Shown here in pieces: positions 9,416 to 17,902 of a DNA stretch of 64,000 bases. This DNA comes from Alphaproteobacteria bacterium (GTDB taxonomy: Bacteria > Pseudomonadota > Alphaproteobacteria > Bin95), in contig JBDQJI010000003.1 in assembly GCA_040263875.1 (NCBI GenBank), positions 19,994 to 83,993 of the forward strand. Direction: 5' to 3'. The notes under the pieces are model-generated. The model was not told where the DNA came from. It did not search any database and saw only the letters and a list, made by a program, of their open reading frames with translations. The position numbers and the translations under genes were made by a program. Each line of letters begins with the position of its first letter. The stretch's first letter is position 1.

Positions 9416-10212
9416 CGGCTAAACCAAGCCAGCAAGGCGTTGCCTCAACAGACCTCTCAAACCGCTCGCTGATTAGCATCCTCGCTGGCGCTTTCAGTGT
9501 TAGCATTTTCGCGATCATTATTACGGCGAGCCTATCAGGTATATGGGGCTTGCCCGGCGGACCGCTGCTTCAGGCTGCCGCTGCCATTGGCTCGGTTTGC
9601 CTAGTCGGATCGTTTGTCGCTGTGCTGGCAAAGCGGCGCGGGCGGCCGGGGAAAGCCGGATTTAGGTCTCACATCTGGCTCGCCAGCATCGGCACAGGGC
9701 TTGTCTTAGCCCACGGCGCTAGCGGGCTGCTAAAACCGCCAGCCACGCTGTTTGTGCTTCTGCTGCTGCTCATCGGCCTCGGTGTCTGGTCCAGGCTACA
9801 AGGTGCGCGGATGATGGCGCGGACTTTCGGTGAAAAGCGCGCGGGCTTCGAAAAACCGAATCCAGCGGTACGGGCACGGCTCGCCGCCCTCATTGAGCAG
9901 AAGCAGGCATTGCTGGCCAAGCTTGATCCGAGTGCGCATGAGGCTCTCTTCTCACCGCAATTCCGACATTGGTTAAGCGCCCCGATCCTAACACTCAGCT
10001 ATACGAAGCTTGCCGCAGAAGAAAGCCGCATTATCGGTGCTGCCGCCGGCTTACCGCAGATCCAGGCACGCTGGCGGCTTCTACATCGATTGGCAGCGCT
10101 GGCATTCGTTGGCGGGCTGCTGGCGCACATCATCATCGTTATGCTGTTCGCAGGATACGCTGCAGACGGCGGCGATATCTATTGGCTTCACTTCGCAGCA
10201 TGGGATTTTTGA
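9412..10212 (+). CDS. Integral membrane protein with about 5 transmembrane helices and two His-x13-His pairs, predicted to be a dihaem cytochrome b-type membrane anchor
   Basis: Hydrophobic helices contain HIWLASIGTGLVLAH and HRLAALAFVGGLLAH, with His at i and i+14 in two separate helices, as in bis-haem cytochrome b subunits (FdnI/NarI/HyaC-like). It is translationally coupled to tauD upstream and ends 5 nt before the Mo-enzyme gene. Confidence 0.5.
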   Translation: MTAKPSQQGVASTDLSNRSLISILAGAFSVSIFAIIITASLSGIWGLPGGPLLQAAAAIGSVCLVGSFVAVLAKRRGRPGKAGFRSHIWLASIGTGLVLAHGASGLLKPPATLFVLLLLLIGLGVWSRLQGARMMARTFGEKRAGFEKPNPAVRARLAALIEQKQALLAKLDPSAHEALFSPQFRHWLSAPILTLSYTKLAAEESRIIGAAAGLPQIQARWRLLHRLAALAFVGGLLAHIIIVMLFAGYAADGGDIYWLHFAAWDF

Positions 10213-10217
10213 GCGTC

Positions 10218-13142
10218 ATGTCACGCCTAGCCCTGATGATCGATCTGGAACGCTGCATTGGCTGTAAAAGCTGTGAGGCCGCCTGCAAAGCCGAGCATGG
10301 CCTCGGCCCTGGCGAACGGCGAAACCGCGTCGTCTGGCTTGGCGGCGACAATGGCCCAACCTTGGACTTCCTGAAGCTGGCCTGCCAGCACTGCGAGCGT
10401 CCAGCATGCCTCCGCGCCTGCCCGGTTGAACCTAAAGCCATCCGCAAAGACGCAGAAACCGGCATCGTATCGATCATTGAAGAAAGCTGTGTTGGTTGCG
10501 GTGAATGCGTCGCCGCCTGCCCATACGGCGCGATGGGCTATGACGCTGGCGGGCATCACGCGGTCAAATGTGACCTATGTCATGACCGACGGGCAGAGGG
10601 TGCAGCAACAACCGCATGTGCCAGCGTTTGCCCCGGCAAAGCGATTACGTTTGGCGAGCGCGACCCTATGTTGGCAGGCGCCGAAGCTGATGGCCGCACT
10701 GCCATCGACAACGATCCGTATCTTTTGGCACCAGCGACCATTTACCTAGATCGTATTATCCGCGACGCATCCGCCTTTGACGTTTTTGAGCAATCAACGC
10801 CAGCCGTATCTGATGACGGCGAGCCGGACCCTGAAACAGCAACCGCCTTTCCCTTCGGCCTGCCCCGTGAGGAGCGATTGGCCGATAGGATTGAGCCAGG
10901 CGGGTGCAATATCTGCTTCAATGCCTGCACGACCAACTTTCACTTCAAGGATGATAGGCTGGTCAAGGTAACCGGCAATGAATCTGACCCCATGCTGGAA
11001 GGCCGTGTCTGCCCGAAGTCTCAGTTCTCGCTGCAACTCTATAATTCCAAGGACCGGCTGACCCAGCCGCTAAAGCGCGTCGGTGAGCGCGGCGAGAATA
11101 AGTTCGAGCCAATTTCCTGGGAACAGGCGCTGGATGAGATCGCGGAAAAGCTTGGCGCGATCCGGGATGACTTTGGGCCAGAAGCCTTGGCGATATTCTC
11201 AGGTACGCGTACGGGCACTTTGACCAATAAGGGTTATATCCGCCTGTTCCGCCAACTTTGGGGCACGCCGAATTTTGAAACTACGGAGCCCTATTGCTCC
11301 TTCGGCAAGAACATCGCCTACAACATGGTTCAAGGCGCTGGCGGCAGTGGCAATAGCTATACTGAAGGCGACATGGGCTCGGCCGAGCTCTACGTCTATA
11401 TGGGCGACAATCAGGCGGAAACGCGCCCTGTCCACTTCGGCATGATCAATGACTGGCGGCTGATAAACCGCGCTAGATTGATCGCCATTGATCCACGTAT
11501 GACAGTCACAGCCTCCAAGGCGGATTGGCATTTGCCGATCCGGCCCGGCGGCGACATGGCCCTGTCCCTCGCCATCGCACATCACATATTTTCCGAGAAC
11601 CTCCACGACGCAAAGTTTTGCGAAGAATGGGTGCTTGGCTGGGAAGAATGGCGCGATTTCATTTTTGCGAGCGGGTATTCGCCAGAATGGGCAGCCCCGA
11701 TAACCGATCTTCCCGCTGAGGACATCAAGCGGCTGGCGGAAGAAATCGCCCGCGCCGATGGCTGCGTCATCTTCGGAAGCCGGGGCTTGAACCAGCACGT
11801 GAATTCGGTCCAATCCAACCGTGCGATCATGTTTGTAGCGGCCATTACGGGCAATTGGGGTCGACGGGGTGGTGCCTATTTCAACATGTCGGCATCTGTT
11901 CCTGCTGAAGCCAATGCGCCGGAGGGCAGGATCGCGCCGCTGAATAAGCCCCGCGTCCGCACCAGCCCCACGGGTTGGGTCGACGCCATGCGCACCAGCC
12001 AGCCCTACGCCCTAAAGGCACTCATTGCCTGCAACAATCCCATGTCACTCTGGCCCGACCAGACGGAGACGCGGGATGGATTGAACGCACTTGATCTTCT
12101 GGTCCACATCGACATCTTCCCGAATGAAACCAGCGCTTATGCCGACTACGTTCTGCCTGCCGCCACTGGCATCGAGAAAGGCGAGGTTGGCCGCGCCTGC
12201 GAAGATCGCCGCGTCGTGTGGATAGACCGCATGATCGAGCCGCCAGGTGTCGCCAAACCGGATGGATGGATTTGGATCGAGCTTGGAAAACGTTTTGGCT
12301 TCGATGATGTGCTGAAAGAGGAGTGGAAAGACTCAGCGAAGTTCTGGGATGAAGCCATGATTGATCATGTGCAGATGCGCGGCGTCACCCAAAAACGCCT
12401 GCATTCCAGGCCCTATCGCTGGGTCCGTTTCCCTGTCGCGACAGAGGAAGCCGAAGAAATCAATACGCTCTATCTGGAAGGCACGACTGCGCCCGGCAAA
12501 CCAGAAGGCCATCGTTTCCCTTCCCCCAGTGGCAAGCTTGAATTCTTCACGGAGGAAATGGATGCCAAGTTCAGAAGCTATGGCCTATCCGCCCTGCCGG
12601 AATTCTATAGCGAGGGCGAAAGCCTGTTCGATATGGCGCATCTGGAAATGCTGGACCCCGACTGGACTGAAGGCATTAAAAGCCCGTTCTTGAACGGTGC
12701 CGCCTATGCCTCCCGCGCACGTATTGTTGATGCCAGCGAGGCCCAGCCCGCCGCCAATCTCCGCGCCCAAGGCTATGACATGGAACTTGTCACTGGCCGC
12801 GCACCTGCCCCGCACTTCCATTCCTGGACGCATTATTCATGGCAAGCGCAGGAAATGTGGCCGGACTTATACGCGCAGATGCATCCCGCCACCGCCAAAC
12901 GCCTTGGGATTGATGATGGCGACCGCGTTACGGTCGAAACATCCCACGGTAAGGCAGACGCACGCGCCTGGATCACCAATGGCATCCGCGAACGCGCTAT
13001 CTTCATGCCCATCGGCTGGGGCGAACGGCAACCGTTCAACCCCTGGCGGCCAGTTAATGACCTAACCGACAAACATCAACGCTGCCCTATCTCAGAGCAA
13101 ACGAACTTGAAGTCTCTACTCTGCCGGGTAAGCGCGGCCTAG
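10218..13142 (+). CDS. Fusion protein: an N-terminal four-cluster [4Fe-4S] ferredoxin-type subunit (DmsB/FdnH/NarH-like) joined to a molybdopterin oxidoreductase catalytic subunit (MopB, Mo-bisPGD family). No Tat signal.
   Basis: The N-terminus has four Cys clusters: CIGCKSCEAAC, CQHCERPACLRACP, CVGCGECVAACP and CDLCHD...CASVCP. Then comes the MopB N-terminal cluster CNICFNAC...RVCPK and a candidate Mo-ligand Cys (TTEPYCSFGK), with the MopB body continuing to about 975 aa. The start MSRLALMIDLERC has no twin-arginine motif. Confidence 0.8.
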   Translation: MSRLALMIDLERCIGCKSCEAACKAEHGLGPGERRNRVVWLGGDNGPTLDFLKLACQHCERPACLRACPVEPKAIRKDAETGIVSIIEESCVGCGECVAACPYGAMGYDAGGHHAVKCDLCHDRRAEGAATTACASVCPGKAITFGERDPMLAGAEADGRTAIDNDPYLLAPATIYLDRIIRDASAFDVFEQSTPAVSDDGEPDPETATAFPFGLPREERLADRIEPGGCNICFNACTTNFHFKDDRLVKVTGNESDPMLEGRVCPKSQFSLQLYNSKDRLTQPLKRVGERGENKFEPISWEQALDEIAEKLGAIRDDFGPEALAIFSGTRTGTLTNKGYIRLFRQLWGTPNFETTEPYCSFGKNIAYNMVQGAGGSGNSYTEGDMGSAELYVYMGDNQAETRPVHFGMINDWRLINRARLIAIDPRMTVTASKADWHLPIRPGGDMALSLAIAHHIFSENLHDAKFCEEWVLGWEEWRDFIFASGYSPEWAAPITDLPAEDIKRLAEEIARADGCVIFGSRGLNQHVNSVQSNRAIMFVAAITGNWGRRGGAYFNMSASVPAEANAPEGRIAPLNKPRVRTSPTGWVDAMRTSQPYALKALIACNNPMSLWPDQTETRDGLNALDLLVHIDIFPNETSAYADYVLPAATGIEKGEVGRACEDRRVVWIDRMIEPPGVAKPDGWIWIELGKRFGFDDVLKEEWKDSAKFWDEAMIDHVQMRGVTQKRLHSRPYRWVRFPVATEEAEEINTLYLEGTTAPGKPEGHRFPSPSGKLEFFTEEMDAKFRSYGLSALPEFYSEGESLFDMAHLEMLDPDWTEGIKSPFLNGAAYASRARIVDASEAQPAANLRAQGYDMELVTGRAPAPHFHSWTHYSWQAQEMWPDLYAQMHPATAKRLGIDDGDRVTVETSHGKADARAWITNGIRERAIFMPIGWGERQPFNPWRPVNDLTDKHQRCPISEQTNLKSLLCRVSAA

Positions 13143-13146
13143 GCGA

Positions 13147-13935
13147 TCAATCTGCCTTAGGTGCGATCTTCTGCTTGAGTGATGTCATGCCTTTGATCCA
13201 ACGCTCTGGATCAGATGCTTTTTTGGCCCAATACGTGCCTGCAGGCGGGTGCGTATAGATCATAAAGCGATCGTCGGCGATGCCTTCGAGGATCACCTCT
13301 GCCGCCGTATCCGCCGTCATCACCCCATCCCGGACGGTGCCAGTATCTGGCATCCCATCTGTCATAGGGGTCGCCACACGAAGGGGGCAGACTACGGATA
13401 CGCCAACGCCCTTTGGTCCCCATTCCACAGCCAACCATTCCGCCAACCCAACAGCGCCATGTTTGGTCGCTGTATATACGGCTGAATTCATCTGCATCAG
13501 AATACCGGCGGCAGACGCTACATTTACCAGTTTGCCTCCGCCCCTTGCCGCCATACCCGGTGCGACTGCTCGCGCGGCAAACAAATGCGCCATCACATGA
13601 ACGCGCCACTGCTGATCCCAATGGGCATTGTCATCTCGGATTGGTTTGGGGCTAATGCCAGCATTAGAGATAAAAAGATCAACGGGCCCCAACTCAGCCT
13701 CAGTCTTTACGACCAAGGCCTGAATGGCCGCCTCATCCGTAACATCGGTTGGGACAGCAAGGCCGCCTATTTCTTTGGCTGAAGTCTGAAGTTTGTCTGC
13801 GTTCAGGTCCGCCATGGCGACACCCTTGGCGCCCGCGGCTATCAAAGCCTTTGAAAGTGCAAACCCTATACCGCCACTAGCGCCCGTAACCACTGCGACC
13901 TTACCTGAAACGTCCATCCATGCCTCCCGGATCAA
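13147..13935 (-). CDS. SDR-family short-chain dehydrogenase/reductase
   Basis: GKVAVVTGASGGIGFALSKAL Rossmann motif, NAG (ISNAGI), and the catalytic YxxxK (VYTATKHGAVGL). Confidence 0.85.
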   Translation of the reverse strand: MIREAWMDVSGKVAVVTGASGGIGFALSKALIAAGAKGVAMADLNADKLQTSAKEIGGLAVPTDVTDEAAIQALVVKTEAELGPVDLFISNAGISPKPIRDDNAHWDQQWRVHVMAHLFAARAVAPGMAARGGGKLVNVASAAGILMQMNSAVYTATKHGAVGLAEWLAVEWGPKGVGVSVVCPLRVATPMTDGMPDTGTVRDGVMTADTAAEVILEGIADDRFMIYTHPPAGTYWAKKASDPERWIKGMTSLKQKIAPKAD

Positions 13936-13976
13936 ATTGCTCGGGATGGATTACAGCACAGGCAGAGCAGAGGACG

Positions 13977-14648
13977 CTATGCCGCTAGAACTTCGTTCAA
14001 GAAGTCCGAAAGTTCATCTGCGCGGTGATGAATGTGGCTTTCGTCATCATCGCCCGGCTGTGCGCCAGGCCGATCGTTGCGGAGCCACACTGTGCGCATG
14101 CCAAGATCAGACGCAGGCTTCAAATTCTTCGCAGTATCCTCGAACATAACCGCGCGTTTTGGGTCAACGTCATGCCGCTTCAGGAATGTGTCATATGAGG
14201 ATTGATGCGGTTTCGGCATATAGTCCGCATCCGCAATATCGAACATATCTTCGAAATGGTGCGTGATCCCAAGTCGGCCAAGCACATTCGCTGCGTGAAG
14301 CCGCGTCGCATTGGTGTAGATCACTTTTCGTCCCGGCAAAGCGGCTAAGGCTTGGTCTAGCGGCACGTCATGGTGCATCTCTGATAGATCAAGCTCGTGG
14401 CAATAGGGTAGAAATTTCTCGGGGTCCATCTGATGGTGGTCCATCAGGCCACGCAGGGTTGTTCCATATTCTTCAAAATAGAATTGGCGGCGGCGATCTG
14501 CTTCCGCTAGATCAACACCGAACTCCTCCATGATGAATTCCTGCATGCGCACATGCATTTGCGGCATTAGGTCAGACCGGCGCGGGTTGTAAAGGGTGTT
14601 ATCGAGATCGAACACCCACACGTCTATTTCGGTGGTTTTTATTGGCAT
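13977..14648 (-). CDS. HAD-superfamily hydrolase (subfamily IA, pyrimidine 5'-nucleotidase-like)
   Basis: VWVFDLDNTLY is HAD motif I (DxDxT). The downstream K/D motifs and the 223-aa size are typical. Confidence 0.8.
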   Translation of the reverse strand: MPIKTTEIDVWVFDLDNTLYNPRRSDLMPQMHVRMQEFIMEEFGVDLAEADRRRQFYFEEYGTTLRGLMDHHQMDPEKFLPYCHELDLSEMHHDVPLDQALAALPGRKVIYTNATRLHAANVLGRLGITHHFEDMFDIADADYMPKPHQSSYDTFLKRHDVDPKRAVMFEDTAKNLKPASDLGMRTVWLRNDRPGAQPGDDDESHIHHRADELSDFLNEVLAA

Positions 14649-14738
14649 AACTCAGGATATAGCCGCCCCTGCCCGGCGTTGCCAGCCTAGATATCGGCAC
14701 CTACGATATAGCTTGAACACGAACATAGGATTTGCCCC

Positions 14739-15770
14739 ATGCTGGTCGTGCATGACGACGCCCATCTACAACATCAACCGGCAGAAATTATCAGCCGTGG
14801 ACGCCACGTTCCCCATGTGGAGATCGCACGCCGTGCTGAAGAACTCTTAGCGGCAGCAAAGGCTGGTGGCCACGACCTGCAGGCCCCCACAGCCCACGGC
14901 ATGGCCCCCATTAAAGCCATCCACGACAAAGAATATTTGGCGTTCTTGGAGTCCGCATGGACGCGCTGGCAAGCCTTGCCTGACCCAACGCCATATGTGC
15001 ACCCTTACGCGCAACCGAACCGTAGGATGACCGGCAAGCCGACCAGCATCATGGGGCAGGCTGGTTATTACATGGCCACGAACTCCGCACCCATCGCCGA
15101 AGGTACATGGGGAGCGGCCAAAGTATCTGCGGATATAGCCCTGACTGCTGCTGACGCCGTAATGGCCGGCGCTTCAGAAGCTTATGCGCTTTGCCGCCCA
15201 CCCGGGCATCATGCGTTTCAGGATTTGGCTGGCGGATTCTGCTATCTGAACAATATCGCTATCGCCGCACAGCACATGCGCGGCAAATGGGACAAACTTG
15301 CGATCCTAGATATCGATGTTCACCACGGTAACGGAACCCAAGGCATTTTCTACGACCGGGGCGATGTGCTGTTTGCGTCGCTCCACGGCGACCCATCAGA
15401 CTATTTCCCGTTCTTCGCAGGCTACAAAGATGAAACCGGCGAAGGCGCTGGTGCCGGAAAGACAGCCAATTTCCCTATGGCCCAGAACAGCGGCAACGAT
15501 GTATTTATGGGTTCTTTGGATAAGGCCTTCGACGCTATCCAGGAGCATCAACCAGGCGCCCTTTTAGTCAGCCTAGGGTTTGATGCTTATGAGCATGATC
15601 CGATTGGATATCTGAAAGTGACAACTGGCGGTTTTGGCAAAGTTGCTGAGCGCATCGCCGGGCTCGGCCTGCCGACACTATTGGTGCAGGAGGGTGGCTA
15701 CAATTGCGAAGGGCTTGGCCCAAACCTAACGTCGTTTTTTGCTGGATTCTCTGCTGGCCGGGCCAAATAG
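14739..15770 (+). CDS. Histone deacetylase-family amidohydrolase (acetoin utilisation AcuC / acetylpolyamine amidohydrolase-like)
   Basis: CRPPGHHA...FCYLNNIAIAA...ILDIDVHHGNGTQGIFY...SLGFDAYEHDPIG gives the Zn-binding D/H/D pattern of the arginase/deacetylase fold. Confidence 0.85.
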   Translation: MLVVHDDAHLQHQPAEIISRGRHVPHVEIARRAEELLAAAKAGGHDLQAPTAHGMAPIKAIHDKEYLAFLESAWTRWQALPDPTPYVHPYAQPNRRMTGKPTSIMGQAGYYMATNSAPIAEGTWGAAKVSADIALTAADAVMAGASEAYALCRPPGHHAFQDLAGGFCYLNNIAIAAQHMRGKWDKLAILDIDVHHGNGTQGIFYDRGDVLFASLHGDPSDYFPFFAGYKDETGEGAGAGKTANFPMAQNSGNDVFMGSLDKAFDAIQEHQPGALLVSLGFDAYEHDPIGYLKVTTGGFGKVAERIAGLGLPTLLVQEGGYNCEGLGPNLTSFFAGFSAGRAK

Positions 15771-15780
15771 GAGCAAACGC

Positions 15781-16944
15781 ATGTCTCATACATTTCGCTT
15801 TGATCCTATGCAGTTCCCGCCTGAAGCTGAAGCGCTACGGCAGGAAGTACGCAGCTTCCTGCGTGCAGAGATAGACACTGGAACCTTCACACCTGGTTCT
15901 GGCGATATGGCTTCCAACTTCAATCCAGAATTCAGCCGAAAGGTTGGCGCAAAAGGCTGGATTGGGCTGACCTGGCCAAAGGAATATGGCGGGCATGGCC
16001 GCAGCCAGATCGAGCGTTATGTGCTGACGGAAGAATTTTTGGCCCATGGCGCGCCTGTTCGCGCGCATTGGGTTGCAGACCGGCAATCTGGACCCGTCTT
16101 GTTGAAGTTTGGCGCAGAGTCAGTCAAACGGAGGCTGATCCCCGAGATCGTTCGCGGCGAGACCTATTTCTGCATCGGCCTATCAGAACCAAACTCTGGC
16201 TCAGACCTGTTTGCGGCTTCAACGCGCGCAAAGAAGGTAGACGGCGGCTACAAAGTAACGGGCACCAAGATTTGGACATCAAACGCCCATCGCACCCAAT
16301 ATATGATTGGCCTGATCCGCACCTCACAACCAACAGAAGACAATCGCCGCCACGGCCTGACGCAATTCCTCATCAAGATGGACACGCCCGGCATAACCGT
16401 GCGCCCAATCATCAATCTCGCTGGCCATCATGACTTCAACGAAGTCCATTTCGACGACGCCTTCGTGCCTGATGAACATGTCATTGGACGCCAAGATGAA
16501 GCCTGGAAACAGGCGACAGATGAACTTGCCTATGAACGTTCCGGCCCCGACCGCTGGCTTGAGACCATCTTTGCGCTTAACGCTGGTATCCGCGTTTCAG
16601 GCCCAAACCCGAACGACCGGACAGCCGAAACCATTGGCCGGGATGTTGCACATTTGATGACGCTCCGCCGCATGTCAGCCTCGGTGGCTGGTATGTTGCA
16701 GGCTGGTGAAACGCCAATGACAGAGGCTGCGGTCGTCAAAGACCTTGGCACCAACTGGGAGCAGGCGCTGCCAAACCGCATGCGCCTGATAGCACCCGAC
16801 GGCGTGCGCGCGCCCTCACCGAATGACACGGCCTACGAGGAGGTGATGCGTTACGCAACGCACATCGCCCCTAAGCTCACCATCCAAGGCGGCACCCGCG
16901 AGGTGCTGCGCGGCATCATCGCTCGCGGCCTCGGCCTCAGATAA
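15781..16944 (+). CDS. Acyl-CoA dehydrogenase family protein
   Basis: GWIGLTWPKEYGGHG...YFCIGLSEPNSGSDL...GYKVTGTKIWTSNAH is the ACAD N/middle-domain signature. The ATG at 15781 follows a GGAG ribosome-binding site, 10 nt after the upstream gene. Confidence 0.85.
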   Translation: MSHTFRFDPMQFPPEAEALRQEVRSFLRAEIDTGTFTPGSGDMASNFNPEFSRKVGAKGWIGLTWPKEYGGHGRSQIERYVLTEEFLAHGAPVRAHWVADRQSGPVLLKFGAESVKRRLIPEIVRGETYFCIGLSEPNSGSDLFAASTRAKKVDGGYKVTGTKIWTSNAHRTQYMIGLIRTSQPTEDNRRHGLTQFLIKMDTPGITVRPIINLAGHHDFNEVHFDDAFVPDEHVIGRQDEAWKQATDELAYERSGPDRWLETIFALNAGIRVSGPNPNDRTAETIGRDVAHLMTLRRMSASVAGMLQAGETPMTEAAVVKDLGTNWEQALPNRMRLIAPDGVRAPSPNDTAYEEVMRYATHIAPKLTIQGGTREVLRGIIARGLGLR

Positions 16945-16956
16945 GGACCAGATGAA

Positions 16957-17895
16957 ATGGCAACGCTCGACACTCCAAAGCTGACGACAATCGCGACCGG
17001 CCTCCGTTTTCCCGAAGGGCCAATCGCAATGCCAGATGGCTCAGTCATTCTAGTTGAGATCGAGCGGCAAACGCTGTCCCGCGTCACGCCTGATGGCAAA
17101 GTTGAAGTGGTCGCCGAGGTTCCAGGTGGGCCAAATGGGGCTGCGCTCGGACCGGATGGTGCGATCTATATTTGCAATAATGGCGGCTTTGAGTTCCACA
17201 AGGATGACAGCGGTATACGTCCTGTGCGCCAAGCCTACAGCTACAAAGGTGGATCCATTGACATGGTGGACTTGCAGTCAGGTGCAGTCAAAACCCTCTA
17301 CACCCATTGTGGTGACAACAAGCTTTGTGGCCCGAATGACATCGTATTTGACCGCCAAGGCGGCATGTATTTCAGTGACCTTGGCAAAACGAGAGATCGG
17401 GACTGGGACCGCTCTGGCCTCTATTACGCATCAATTGACGGCAGCCACATCACTGAAGTCGCCTTCCCGCTGATCACAGCCAATGGCGTCGGCCTCTCAC
17501 CAGATGAGAAGACCGTTTATGCAGCGGAAACCCAAACAGGCCGCCTCTGGGCGTTCGATATTGAAAGCCCGGGCAAGATCAATCCACGCGCATGGCCGTC
17601 CCCCCACGGCGGCTGGCTGGTTGGCGGCACGACAGGCTTCCGGAATTTCGACAGCTTGGCAGTGGATGCAGCAGGAAACATCTGTGTCGCAACATTGATG
17701 GACGGTGGCATCACCGTAATCGCGCCAGATGGGTCTAACGTCGATCATGTGCCGATGCCTGATCCCTACACCACCAATATTTGCTTCGGTGGTGCGGGCA
17801 TGAAAACGGCGTTCATCACCCTTTCGCTTGGGGGAACGCTCGTCTCATGCACCTGGCCAAAAGCTGGCCTACCGCTGAATTTCCTCAACACCTGA
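16957..17895 (+). CDS. SMP-30/gluconolactonase/LRE-family beta-propeller hydrolase
   Basis: Repeated GLRFPEGP..., GGPNGAALGPDG, NDIVFDRQGGMYFSD and ANGVGLSPDEKTVY blades. It lies 12 nt downstream of the ACAD gene. Confidence 0.8.
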   Translation: MATLDTPKLTTIATGLRFPEGPIAMPDGSVILVEIERQTLSRVTPDGKVEVVAEVPGGPNGAALGPDGAIYICNNGGFEFHKDDSGIRPVRQAYSYKGGSIDMVDLQSGAVKTLYTHCGDNKLCGPNDIVFDRQGGMYFSDLGKTRDRDWDRSGLYYASIDGSHITEVAFPLITANGVGLSPDEKTVYAAETQTGRLWAFDIESPGKINPRAWPSPHGGWLVGGTTGFRNFDSLAVDAAGNICVATLMDGGITVIAPDGSNVDHVPMPDPYTTNICFGGAGMKTAFITLSLGGTLVSCTWPKAGLPLNFLNT

Positions 17896-17902
17896 GGCAG
17901 TT

